From: Minisyncoccota bacterium
GTDB lineage: Bacteria; Patescibacteriota; Minisyncoccia; Phycocordibacterales; XYD1-FULL-46-19
Assembly: GCA_041649495.1 (NCBI GenBank)
Contig: JBAZMZ010000003.1
Coordinates: 6,602 to 70,601, forward strand
DNA length: 64,000 bases
Direction of reading: 5' to 3'
This document shows, in pieces, positions 20,708 through 29,463 of the stretch. The notes under the pieces are model-generated. The model was given only the letters and a program-made list of their open reading frames with translations, did not search any database and had not been told where the DNA came from. The translations under genes and the position numbers were made by a program. Every line of letters begins with the position of its first letter. Position 1 is the stretch's first letter.

Positions 20708-21694
20708 ATGATTAAGGTGGGAATTTTACGTGGCGGGGTAGGGCACGAATATGAAGTGTCGCTCAAAACGGGCGCCAATGTGCTCAAAAACTTGCCGAGC
20801 GACAAATATCAGCCGGTCGACATGCTCTTATCGCGGGATGGCACTTGGCATGTCAACGGTTTGCCAGTCTCACCAGAACGCGCCGTGCGCAGTGTTGATG
20901 TCATTTTTAACGCTCTTCATGGCGAATTTGGCGAGGATGGTCAAGTTCAACAGATTTTGGACCTTTTACAGACCCCTTATACTGGTTCAGGCACGGTGGC
21001 CTCGGCTTTGGGGATGGATAAACCGCGGGCTAAGGAAATTTTCAAAAAAGCCGGATTAAAAGTGCCAAATGGGGTGGTTTTAAAGCGAGGAGATCAGACC
21101 CTTCGACAAGACTCAGGGCAAGCAGAAACCGAAGCAGTGGCGTACGATGCCTTTCAGAAAATTTCACCGCCGTGGATTATCAAGCCAGCCGGCAGTGGCT
21201 CCTCGGTTGGTCTTTATTTAGCACGCACTTTTCCTGAATTGGTTCAGGCGATTGAAAGTTGTTTCAAATTTAGCGATGCCGTTTTAGTTGAAGAATATAT
21301 TCGCGGTAAAGAGGCGACTTGCGGGGTAGTTGATAGCCTGCGCGGACAAGATTATTATTCACTTTTGCCCATCGAAATCGTCACCCCCGATAACAAAAAT
21401 CTTTTTGATTATGAGGCTAAATATACTGGCATTACGTCCGAAATTTGTCCCGGTCGTTTTACTAAAGACGAAAAAAAGGAACTCGAGAGTCTCTCGGCCC
21501 AAATTCACCGAGCTCTTGGCCTGCGTCATTACTCTCGCTCCGACTTTATCTTATCGCCAAGGGGCATTTATGTGCTCGAAGTCAATACTTTGCCCGGTTT
21601 GACCGAAGAATCGCTCATCCCTAAATCTCTGCGGGCTAGCGGTATCCCTTACGGCCAATTTTTGGACCATATTGTCACTTTGGCCTTAAATTAA
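20708..21694 (+). CDS. ddl: D-alanine--D-alanine ligase
   Basis: KVGILRGGVGHEYEVSLKTGANV N-terminal domain and ATP-grasp C-terminus (EEYIRGKEATCGV, EVNTLPGLT). Confidence 0.85.
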   Translation: MIKVGILRGGVGHEYEVSLKTGANVLKNLPSDKYQPVDMLLSRDGTWHVNGLPVSPERAVRSVDVIFNALHGEFGEDGQVQQILDLLQTPYTGSGTVASALGMDKPRAKEIFKKAGLKVPNGVVLKRGDQTLRQDSGQAETEAVAYDAFQKISPPWIIKPAGSGSSVGLYLARTFPELVQAIESCFKFSDAVLVEEYIRGKEATCGVVDSLRGQDYYSLLPIEIVTPDNKNLFDYEAKYTGITSEICPGRFTKDEKKELESLSAQIHRALGLRHYSRSDFILSPRGIYVLEVNTLPGLTEESLIPKSLRASGIPYGQFLDHIVTLALN

Positions 21695-21794
21695 GGTAAA
21701 AACGGGTTATCCACTTTTTTGTAGGCTTTGGTGGTTTTTGATAAAAAGGCATTTTTGCTAGTAATTAGAGTAATTACTAGTTTTATTTTTAATT

Positions 21795-23189
21795 ATGAAT
21801 AAAAAGATTCTTACCTTTTTGTTATTATTAGCCCCCGTTGTAACTCTGGCTTCACCAACGGCCACCTTGGACGTTTATACGATTGATAATTTAATTATTT
21901 CTCCCAAAGATACTTCTGGTCTTTTTGCGACGACCTCTAGCATTGACTTGGGTTTTTCGGACCCAGTTTCGGTCAATTTAGATATTCTTGATTCGCTCGG
22001 TTCTCAAGTTAAACATATCTATAACAACTCAAGTGTGACGAATCCTGATCCCAAAATTTGGTACGGGAAAGATAATGGCAGTAATTTTGTCGCTGACGGG
22101 ACCTATACGGTTCAAGTCGTTTATTCTGACGCTGGTGGGGTAGCGACCAATACCTCCGAAACTATTATCGTTGATAATGATGTTCCGATTGTGGGAGCGA
22201 TAACAATTACTCCGAGCTATGTGTCTGGCCCAACCACTTATATTGCTACCACCTCAAGCTTTAGTGTGCCGGTTGATGACGAAGGAACTGGAGTTCGAGA
22301 TTGCAATTTTGGCTATGATAATGGCTCGGTTAAATATTGGCTTACGACGATCACTCCGACGGCTGGTTATTGCGTTTTTGACGATGTTGATACTTCTGAT
22401 CAGACAATGACGAGAATTGTTGCTCAAGCTTACGATAACGCTTTGCACTCTCAAGGCACCGAGTTGGCTGTGGTGGTTGATGTTGAGGCTCCAGTCATTA
22501 CTCTGGTTGGTGATTCAACCGTTAATCTCGAGGTTGGGACTTCTTATACTGACGCTGGGGCCACGGCCAATGACAGTGTCGAGGGAGATTTAACTTCTCA
22601 AATTGTTTCGGCTGGAACAGTTGATACTTCAACCGTTGGCACTTATGCAATAACTTATAACGTCACTGATAGTTTGGGTAATATCGCTACCGAAGTGACT
22701 AGAACCGTAAATGTTGTCCTGACTCCAACCTCAACTCCACCCCCAAGTTCTGGTAGTCACAGCTCTGGTTATGTTCTCGGTTGGGGACCAAATGGGCCGA
22801 TTAATCCGGTTTTGGGGCAAGTGTTGGGCACTTCGACGAGCCGAGCTCTAGGTGCTTCAACGAGCAAAGCACCAGGGGTAACTCGTGAAAGAAAATTGCT
22901 CATTATTCAGAAAAGATTGAATTTCTTGCGTCGAGACTTCTTAACTTTGAGGCGCCAACAATTACAAAAACTCTCAAAACAATTACAGACTCTCCAACAG
23001 CAACTAGATAATCTTAAAAATCCGAAGGCGGAAGTGAAGGCTAAAGCTAAACCAGTGGCGACTCAAGCCGTTACTATTGAAGGACCAGCCGGAATAGGAG
23101 AAGTTATCACTCCGGTTGACGAAACAGAGTCAACGGCGACCACCACGGCTCCAGTGACGCCGACCAAACCTTGGTGGAAATTCTGGTAG
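21795..23189 (+). CDS. secreted surface protein with Ig-like (DUF5011-type) domain, Pro-rich linker and coiled-coil tail
   Basis: Signal peptide; VEAPVITLVGDSTVNLEVGTSYTDAGATANDSVEGDLTSQIV..GTYAITYNVTDSLGN typical of DUF5011/Ig-like; TPTSTPPPSSG linker; Q/L-rich heptads. Confidence 0.5.
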   Translation: MNKKILTFLLLLAPVVTLASPTATLDVYTIDNLIISPKDTSGLFATTSSIDLGFSDPVSVNLDILDSLGSQVKHIYNNSSVTNPDPKIWYGKDNGSNFVADGTYTVQVVYSDAGGVATNTSETIIVDNDVPIVGAITITPSYVSGPTTYIATTSSFSVPVDDEGTGVRDCNFGYDNGSVKYWLTTITPTAGYCVFDDVDTSDQTMTRIVAQAYDNALHSQGTELAVVVDVEAPVITLVGDSTVNLEVGTSYTDAGATANDSVEGDLTSQIVSAGTVDTSTVGTYAITYNVTDSLGNIATEVTRTVNVVLTPTSTPPPSSGSHSSGYVLGWGPNGPINPVLGQVLGTSTSRALGASTSKAPGVTRERKLLIIQKRLNFLRRDFLTLRRQQLQKLSKQLQTLQQQLDNLKNPKAEVKAKAKPVATQAVTIEGPAGIGEVITPVDETESTATTTAPVTPTKPWWKFW

Positions 23190-23194
23190 AAAAT

Positions 23195-23450
23195 TATTGA
23201 GGTAAAATATTAAGAGCGAGAGCCCGCGTTATGTCAAATGTGACACCGCAAGGCCCCCGCTCTTCTTGGAGGGAATACCGTCCTTCCCCGGACATGTTGC
23301 TGGTAGCTTGCCGACCACTAGCAGGAAGGAGATGGGGAAGGACAGTTCCGCTTTCTAGTCTAGCAAGCCCCTTTTTATTGTCAAGCTCAGAGAGGGCGAA
23401 TGGAGATGAGGAACATCTTGCACGTTGATAATCTCCTTGGTACAATTAAA
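23195..23450. other. GC-rich structured intergenic region (candidate ncRNA, unidentified)
   Basis: 11/12-bp helix CCGTCCTTCCCC..GGGGAAGGACAG encloses an inner hairpin; overlapping ORFs on both strands lack protein character. Confidence 0.25.
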
Positions 23451-23452
23451 CA

Positions 23453-24130
23453 ATGAGATCGAATTTTGCCCTCCTGAAACCCCAAGCCCTTTCTCTTCGG
23501 AAACAAGGGAAAAGCTACGGGGAAATTAGACAGATTTTGAAATCCCCAATACCTAAGAGCACCTTGTCATATTGGTGTAAAAATCTTCCTCTATCAAAAA
23601 CTCAACAGGTTAAGATTGAAATTTTAGCGAAAAAAGGGTCAAAAAAGGGGTTAGCTTTGGCCTGGATTGCTAATGACGTCAAAAAGAAAGAACGGCTAAA
23701 AGAAGTAAGGAGTCAAATTTCTCATTTGCCTGATAAACTGAAAGATAAAAATGTCGCCAAAATTGCTCTCGCCATGCTTTATCTTGGCGAGGGATCCAAG
23801 AACCAGAGTTCTCTAGTATTTGGAAATTCTAATCCATTTGTGATATCCTTATTTTTGAAACTATTAAGGTTTTGTTATCCCCTAAATGAGCAAAAGTTTC
23901 GATGCACGGTTCAGTGTCGTGCTGATCAGAACGTTAAAAATCTAGGAATGTTTTGGTCTAAGGTTACTGGAATATCTAATCAGCTCTTTTATAAACCCCA
24001 GATAGACAAAAGAACTATTGGATTAAAAACCAAAAAAGTTGATTATCAAGGTGTTTGCCGAATTGATTATTTTTCAGCAGACATTTTTACAGAGTTAATG
24101 CAGATTATAGATTTAATATGTAGAAAATAA
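23453..24130 (+). CDS. hypothetical protein with N-terminal HTH and a LAGLIDADG-like motif (possible homing-endonuclease-like)
   Basis: KSYGEIRQILKSPIPKSTLSYWCKNL (HTH); IALAMLYLGEGSKNQSSLVFGNSN resembles a single LAGLIDADG motif; lies immediately upstream of tRNA-Ala. Confidence 0.3.
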   Translation: MRSNFALLKPQALSLRKQGKSYGEIRQILKSPIPKSTLSYWCKNLPLSKTQQVKIEILAKKGSKKGLALAWIANDVKKKERLKEVRSQISHLPDKLKDKNVAKIALAMLYLGEGSKNQSSLVFGNSNPFVISLFLKLLRFCYPLNEQKFRCTVQCRADQNVKNLGMFWSKVTGISNQLFYKPQIDKRTIGLKTKKVDYQGVCRIDYFSADIFTELMQIIDLICRK

Positions 24131-24206
24131 GGGCTTGTAGCTCAGCTGGTAGAGCACTGCTATGGCATAGCAGGGGTCAGGGGTTCGAGCCCCCTCAAGT
24201 CCACCA
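24131..24206 (+). tRNA. tRNA-Ala (anticodon GGC), CCA encoded
   Basis: Cloverleaf GGGCTTG-TA-GCTC-AGCTGGTA-GAGC-A-CTGCT-ATGGCAT-AGCAG-GGGTC-AGGGG-TTCGAGC-CCCCT-CAAGTCC-A-CCA; G3:U70 Ala identity pair. Confidence 0.85.
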
Positions 24207-24214
24207 TTCCGAAT

Positions 24215-24328
24215 TTGTTAAAGAAGTTGCGAACAAAACTTGGTCTTTCTCAAGATGATTTTGCTCGCAAGGCGGATGTTCCCTATACAACGCTTACCAA
24301 TGTTAATATTGAGGAATTGATAAAATAA
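24215..24328 (+). pseudogene. truncated XRE-family HTH gene fragment directly abutting the tRNA 3' end
   Basis: Translates LLKKLRTKLGLSQDDFARKADVPYTTLTNVNIEELIK*; helix 1 and the start codon are missing because the frame runs into the tRNA 9 nt upstream. Confidence 0.35.
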
Positions 24329-24331
24329 TTT

Positions 24332-25318
24332 ATGAACACTTATTCCATTACAGTATCAAACCTAACAAAGAAATTTTCTTTCTCCGCAAGAAACGCTTCT
24401 TCAGGTTGGTTAAAAAATTTGTTTTCGCCAGAGACTAAAGAAATTGTGGCGGTTAATGATATTTCTTTTTCGGTCAAACACGGCGAACGCATAGCTTTCA
24501 TCGGTCCAAACGGGGCGGGTAAATCTACTACGATTAAAATGCTTACAGGCATACTTTTTCCAACCTCGGGTAAAGTAAATATTCTTGGTTTTGACCCGAC
24601 AAAAGACCGAAAGAAACTTGCTTACCAAATCGGTACGGTTTTTGGTCAGCGTTCGCAACTTTTGCCTAATCTACCTCTAACGGATTCACTCGAATTTTTT
24701 GGAGTAATGTATGATATGCCCGAAAAAGAAATCAAAAGAAGAATTGCTGAACTTGTAGAACTTTTTGATCTCGGCTCATTTATTACCCAACCAGTCCGTA
24801 AGCTTTCGCTCGGTCAGCGTATGCGAGCAGAAGTTGCTGCTTCCTTAATTCATAAACCAAAAATCATACTTCTCGATGAGCCGACAATCGGGCTTGATGT
24901 TGTCGCAAAAAAATCTCTTCGCGATTTGTTGCTCAAAATAAACAAGGATAAAAATACTACAATATTTTTGACTTCTCACGATGTCGGAGATATCGAATCT
25001 CTATGCGACAGAACAATTGTTATCAATCACGGAACAATTATCAAAGATTTACCTACGCAAGATTTGGCAAAAACTTTTGTTTATGAAAAATATATTGATC
25101 TTGTCGCATTAAGCAATTTTAATAATTTTCCTGAACTTCCAGAAGGTATTCGATATTCCTCGAAAGATAAAAATAAAATTACTGTCGTTGTTGATATTAA
25201 CAAAATCAATGTTCAAGAATCTTTGAAAAAATTGCTTGATTTGTTTGAAGTCGAGGATATTGATGTGTATAACGCTGACCTCGAAACAGTAATCAGGCAT
25301 ATTTATGAAAGAGATTAG
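24332..25318 (+). CDS. ABC transporter ATP-binding protein (ABC-2 type exporter ATPase)
   Basis: Walker A GPNGAGKSTTIKML, signature LSLGQRMRAEVA, Walker [13 protein letters not shown]. Confidence 0.85.
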   Translation: MNTYSITVSNLTKKFSFSARNASSGWLKNLFSPETKEIVAVNDISFSVKHGERIAFIGPNGAGKSTTIKMLTGILFPTSGKVNILGFDPTKDRKKLAYQIGTVFGQRSQLLPNLPLTDSLEFFGVMYDMPEKEIKRRIAELVELFDLGSFITQPVRKLSLGQRMRAEVAASLIHKPKIILLDEPTIGLDVVAKKSLRDLLLKINKDKNTTIFLTSHDVGDIESLCDRTIVINHGTIIKDLPTQDLAKTFVYEKYIDLVALSNFNNFPELPEGIRYSSKDKNKITVVVDINKINVQESLKKLLDLFEVEDIDVYNADLETVIRHIYERD

Positions 25319-26104
25319 ACTAACAACTAAAATACTAAAAACGCTCGTCAAAGATCGGATTCAATATCCCGATAGACTATTTGTTGATACTATCGGCGTT
25401 ATCGCACGATGTGGAATACTTTTGATTTTATATTGGTATGTTTTCAAGTTAAATAATGGAGTTATAAACGGCACAACATTTCTTTTTGCTGCGTGGAGTA
25501 TTTTTTTCTATTTCTCATTTTCAGTATTGAGATTGCGTGATATTTCTAGAGAAATTATGAAAGATATCCAAACTGGAAATGTTGAAGTGTTATTTAGTAA
25601 ACCGATTTCTTATCTATCGTATCGAATGTGGTGGCAGGTTGGCTCTGGCATATATTCTTTTGTTGTTATAACACTATTGACGGTAGTCGCTTTGATTTTT
25701 ATTATTGGTCTTCCGCCAACAATGACAATTGGTATTTTTATTCCGACATTAATTTTAACTTTTCTTTGCGGAGCAATACTTTCACTTTTTTATATACGAT
25801 CGTTGGTCTTTTGTCTTTTTGGATAGAGGACATAAACCCAGTGTTTTGGATTGTAGATAAAGCAGTTATGATTCTTGGTGGTTCATATCTTCCTGTTGCA
25901 TTATTTCCAGCGTTCATGTTTAAGATTGCTTTATGGAGTCCCTTTGGAGCTTCACAGTTTGTAACGCATACAGTTTACGAAACTTGGCAGGCAAATTGGT
26001 ATCAACTTCTTGGTATTCAATTATTTTGGATTGTTTTACTTGGATTGATCGTTTATTTTATGTTTGAAAAAGCAAAGCAAAAAGTCTCTGTAAACGGAGG
26101 ATAA
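25305..26104 (+). pseudogene. ABC-2 family permease, frameshifted in a T6 run (or programmed frameshift)
   Basis: Two overlapping ORFs (25305-25826 and 25628-26104) read as one multi-TM permease if a +/-1 shift occurs at CTTTCACTTTTTTATATACG (~25785). Confidence 0.5.
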
Positions 26105-26108
26105 TTTT

Positions 26109-26903
26109 ATGATGAAAGAATTATATTTTGCGTTATACGCAATAAAAAAGAATATCCAAAGCAGTGCGGAACTTCGCACAAGTTTTTTGATGAATATTTT
26201 TGGAATGGCTGTAAATAATACTGCTTTTATAATTTTATGGGGATTTTTTGTAAAATCGGTTGGAGTTATTGGGGGTTGGACAGTCGCCGACATAATAGGT
26301 TTGCAAGGCTTCGTTGCTCTCTGTTTTGGTATTGTATTTTCTACGGCAGCTGGAATCAGAAAACTTGCCGATTATACAGCTTCTGGATCATTTGATCGAT
26401 TTATGCTTTCGCCAAAAAATCTGCTTGTCAGAATTGCAACATCATCATTCGGTGTTTCAGCTCTCGGTGATATAGTTTTTGGAATTGTATGTTTGGGTAT
26501 TTTTGCTTTTCTAATCCATGCAACAATTTACCAAATTCTATTGATAATATTACTTGTTATTATTTCAACGATTGTATTTTTAGCGGCAGCGATAGCGATT
26601 TATTCAACAAGTTTTTACTTTACGGACTCAAGTTCCGTAACGGGCAGTCTTTTTGAATTATTTTTAACCCCCTCACTATTTCACGGGGGTGCTTTTCAAG
26701 GAGTAATGAGGTTTATTTTTACATTTGCAATTCCGTCACTTTTGATTGGTGCTTTGCCAGTTGAAATAGTGAGGGATATTTCTTTAGGGAAACTTTTATT
26801 GGTTGGCGTTCTCGCTATATTTTGGTTTGTCGTTTCAATCAATATATTTAACCGAGCAGTTAAGAAATATGAAAGTTCAAATTTTATGACTTTTGGGAAT
26901 TAA
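26109..26903 (+). CDS. ABC-2 family transporter permease
   Basis: Six predicted TM helices, ABC-2-like topology, co-oriented with the ATPase at 24332. Confidence 0.7.
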   Translation: MMKELYFALYAIKKNIQSSAELRTSFLMNIFGMAVNNTAFIILWGFFVKSVGVIGGWTVADIIGLQGFVALCFGIVFSTAAGIRKLADYTASGSFDRFMLSPKNLLVRIATSSFGVSALGDIVFGIVCLGIFAFLIHATIYQILLIILLVIISTIVFLAAAIAIYSTSFYFTDSSSVTGSLFELFLTPSLFHGGAFQGVMRFIFTFAIPSLLIGALPVEIVRDISLGKLLLVGVLAIFWFVVSINIFNRAVKKYESSNFMTFGN

Positions 26904-27054
26904 TAGCCACCGAATTTCCGAAAACCCCCAGTCCGAAACCCGTCCGCATTCCTCCCCAGACCCCTCCTCCTCCGCTTGCGAAATCCGAAGAGATTAGTCA
27001 GTATCAGGATTTTGTTCGTAAAAAGTTCGGACTTTGTTAATGACACACCACCCG

Positions 27055-27077
27055 ATTGAAGATTTGTTCAAAAAATA
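27055..27077. repeat. 23-bp direct repeat ATTGAAGATTTGTTCAAAAAATA (copy 1)
   Basis: Identical copy at 27710-27732; the two bracket the minus-strand GlcG-like gene. Confidence 0.8.
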
Positions 27078-27149
27078 ATAACGATTGAAAACAACAATCC
27101 TGCCCCGCGACGACAACGGAATTGTTGCCTATCGGGGGCGGGGTTCGCC

Positions 27150-27650
27150 TTAAACAGAGATGAGTTGGTTTTCGCTGTGAGATGCGATTGCTTCAGCTGT
27201 CGACCCAGACAACATCCCAAGTTTGAAAGCCGCATTGACGAGGATGGCCTCGTCGGCCTTTTCGGTCAAGCCTGAGAAGCTGATGATGAAATCTTTCGTT
27301 CGGATGGCCCCTCCACACAGTTCTCTCTCGACCTCTCGTGTTTGCCAACTGCTCAGATGGTTCTGGTGAGCCATCAAACGTAAGGCTTTCTCCTGACACA
27401 AGTTGAAGTACTTGGCCTCTTTGCCAATAGTTGGGCCACCGACCCTAATCACAAGGATCGGTACAAGTTTGTCTTGGTCCGGCGAGTCGCGAAACACACA
27501 AAGATACCCGCCAAAGCGCTGATCCCCTTGGGAGAGCCGACGATTGCAATTCGTAATCTCTCTCAGTAACTCGGTGACCAGATCAAACAATAATTTTCTC
27601 AATGGTTCATCCTCCTGTCGCGGGAGCTGTATCCAAGTACTTTCTAGCAT
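27150..27650 (-). CDS. GlcG/DUF336 (HbpS-like) family protein, high-GC, flanked by 23-bp direct repeats
   Basis: LCGGAIRTKDFIISFSGLTEKADEAILVNAAFKLG resembles the DUF336 GGA..G.I.VSG...DE motif; GC clearly above neighbours; sits between ATTGAAGATTTGTTCAAAAAATA copies at 27055 and 27710. Confidence 0.4.
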   Translation of the reverse strand: MLESTWIQLPRQEDEPLRKLLFDLVTELLREITNCNRRLSQGDQRFGGYLCVFRDSPDQDKLVPILVIRVGGPTIGKEAKYFNLCQEKALRLMAHQNHLSSWQTREVERELCGGAIRTKDFIISFSGLTEKADEAILVNAAFKLGMLSGSTAEAIASHSENQLISV

Positions 27651-27709
27651 AAAAGAGAAAATCTGTAAACCTTTTTGTAATGAAATAACGCTAACCCCCT
27701 CTTTCCATT

Positions 27710-27732
27710 ATTGAAGATTTGTTCAAAAAATA
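27710..27732. repeat. 23-bp direct repeat ATTGAAGATTTGTTCAAAAAATA (copy 2)
   Basis: See copy 1. Confidence 0.8.
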
Positions 27733-27752
27733 GTAGTATTGGCTAACCTAAG

Positions 27753-27989
27753 ATGTTTACCGTTTATGTTCTAAAAGATATTTCTGGTAAACTTTATAAA
27801 GGGATGACCAATAATCTTGAACGAAGATTAAAAGAACATCGTTCTGGTCATACAATTACCACGAGCAAGATGAAGGAATTTTCAGTTGTATATACTGAAA
27901 ATTATGATAATTTTGCCGAAGCGAGGGAAAAGGAGGTATATTTAAAAAGCGCCGCGGGTAGGAGATTTTTGAAGGATAAGATTAATTAA
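27753..27989 (+). CDS. GIY-YIG nuclease-superfamily small protein (YhbQ/UPF0213-like)
   Basis: MFTVYVLKDISGKLYKGMTNNLERRLKEH..R..E..LK, the GIY-YIG core. Confidence 0.7.
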   Translation: MFTVYVLKDISGKLYKGMTNNLERRLKEHRSGHTITTSKMKEFSVVYTENYDNFAEAREKEVYLKSAAGRRFLKDKIN

Positions 27990-27994
27990 TAAAT

Positions 27995-28067
27995 GGGCCC
28001 TTAGCTTAGTTGGTAGAGCGCCTGCTTTGCAAGCAGGAGGTCAGGAGTTCGAATCTCCTAGGGTCCA
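27995..28067 (+). tRNA. tRNA-Ala (anticodon UGC)
   Basis: GGGCCCT-TA-GCTT-AGTTGGTA-GAGC-G-CCTGC-TTTGCAA-GCAGG-AGGTC-AGGAG-TTCGAAT-CTCCT-AGGGTCC-A; G3:U70; no encoded CCA. Confidence 0.85.
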
Positions 28068-28069
28068 CT

Positions 28070-28297
28070 ATGTTAAAAGAATTTTTTGTAAAAAAACAAT
28101 TGAAAGCACTTGGGGTTAATGACTCGCAATTAGAAGCGATGATGAAGGTGGTTAAGGCCAACCCGGGCTTATTCCAAAAACTTGGTCAAGAAATCGAAAC
28201 TAAAGTTAGTCAAGATAAAATGGGCTACCAAGAAGCGACTCTGGCCGTGACGCAAAAATATCAAAAAGAATTAGCTCAGATTTTCGGGCAGAAATAA
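28070..28297 (+). CDS. hypothetical small protein
   Basis: 75-aa ORF from the ATG right after the tRNA (MLKEFFVKKQ...); the 5' extension of ORF 28010 overlaps the tRNA and is rejected. Confidence 0.35.
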   Translation: MLKEFFVKKQLKALGVNDSQLEAMMKVVKANPGLFQKLGQEIETKVSQDKMGYQEATLAVTQKYQKELAQIFGQK

Positions 28298-28369
28298 ACC
28301 ATTACTTTACACAATTACATTATCCACCGTTAAGTTGTAAACTAGCTGGTGTTATGATATCCTTATATT

Positions 28370-29104
28370 ATGACGACTTGGCTACAAAATAAGCGCAAAT
28401 TATCAGGCCTTTCCCAGACCGAAGTGGCCAAAAGTTTGGGAATTTCTCGGCCCACTTATAATAAGCTCGAACAAGGGATAGCTAAATCGACTGAGCAACA
28501 AAAAGCTATTTTAGCCCAGCTTTTGAGTGTCTCCGGGAACACTTTTGAAAAAAATAGCGAGGAGAAGGAAATTAAAACTGACACGGTTTATATTAGGGAA
28601 GTTCCTAAGGAGAATGTCGCTAAATTTAAGCAGGTCTTACTTTATATCGTTGGCAAAGTTGGCAGTCGTCCCAATATCGGCCAGACGGCGCTTTATAAAT
28701 TACTCTATTTTATTGATTTTGATTATTACGAGAAATACCAAAAGTTTTTAGTTGGAGCCACTTATCTTAGGAACACTCACGGCCCAAGTCCTGTTTCGTT
28801 TGCTAAAATTGTTCGAGAATTAGAAAATGAAGGCGAATTGGTTGAGGTGACTAATAAATATTTTGGTTATGATCAGAAGAAATATTTAATAACCTCTGAG
28901 CCAGAAGTTACGTCTCTTTCGGCCCGAGAACTTAAACATATTGACGACGAGTTAGAACGCTTAGCTTCAAAAAGTGCCAGGGAGCTTTCTAACCTTTCTC
29001 ATGTCGACACTCCTTGGCGAGTCGCCAAAGAAAAAGGAGTTTTGAATTATCGGCATGTTTTTTATCGACCGGATGAGACTTCGGTAGCCATCGCTGATGA
29101 ATAA
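28370..29104 (+). CDS. XRE-family HTH fused to DUF4065 (Panacea/SocA-like) domain; putative antitoxin
   Basis: N-terminal LSGLSQTEVAKSLGISRPTYNKLEQG (HTH_XRE); C-terminal ALYKLLYFIDFDYYEKYQKFLVGATYLRNTHGPSPV characteristic of DUF4065. Confidence 0.65.
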   Translation: MTTWLQNKRKLSGLSQTEVAKSLGISRPTYNKLEQGIAKSTEQQKAILAQLLSVSGNTFEKNSEEKEIKTDTVYIREVPKENVAKFKQVLLYIVGKVGSRPNIGQTALYKLLYFIDFDYYEKYQKFLVGATYLRNTHGPSPVSFAKIVRELENEGELVEVTNKYFGYDQKKYLITSEPEVTSLSARELKHIDDELERLASKSARELSNLSHVDTPWRVAKEKGVLNYRHVFYRPDETSVAIADE

Positions 29105-29435
29105 GTTTTCCTGCTTACCAGAGTTTGAAAAAGAGCTAAAGAAGCTGTCTAAGAAATATTCTAGTCTGGCTCAAGATGTTGAAGATATTAAGCCCATTCT
29201 TTTGGCTTCGCCGACCGGGATTGGGAAAAACTTTACCATCATTAACATCACTAAAAGGGTTAAAATTGTAAAAGTGCGAATCCAGTGTGAATCGCTTCGG
29301 TCTCGGACAATTAGACTAATCTATGCTTGTCATGAAGATAAAATTGAGTTTATCTTCATCGAACTCTATTTTAAGGGCGATAAGGCAAATGAAGACAAAA
29401 ATCGAGTTAGTCAATATCTAAAAACGGTGGTATAG
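29097..29435 (+). CDS. RelE/ParE-superfamily toxin-like protein; putative TA partner
   Basis: KVRIQCESLRSRTIRLIYACHEDKIEFIFIELYFKGDK fits the RelE core (K.R....YR.IY.......V.F......K); 8-nt overlap with the upstream gene. Confidence 0.5.
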   Translation: MNKFSCLPEFEKELKKLSKKYSSLAQDVEDIKPILLASPTGIGKNFTIINITKRVKIVKVRIQCESLRSRTIRLIYACHEDKIEFIFIELYFKGDKANEDKNRVSQYLKTVV

Positions 29436-29463
29436 TCTGGTAAAATCTGCTATATTTTAGAGC

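Noticed and set aside
28010-28069. 5' extension of ORF 28010-28297 (MVERLLCKQEVRSSNLLGST...)
   Set aside because: It is the translation of tRNA-Ala(UGC) itself; the protein start was moved to the ATG at 28070.
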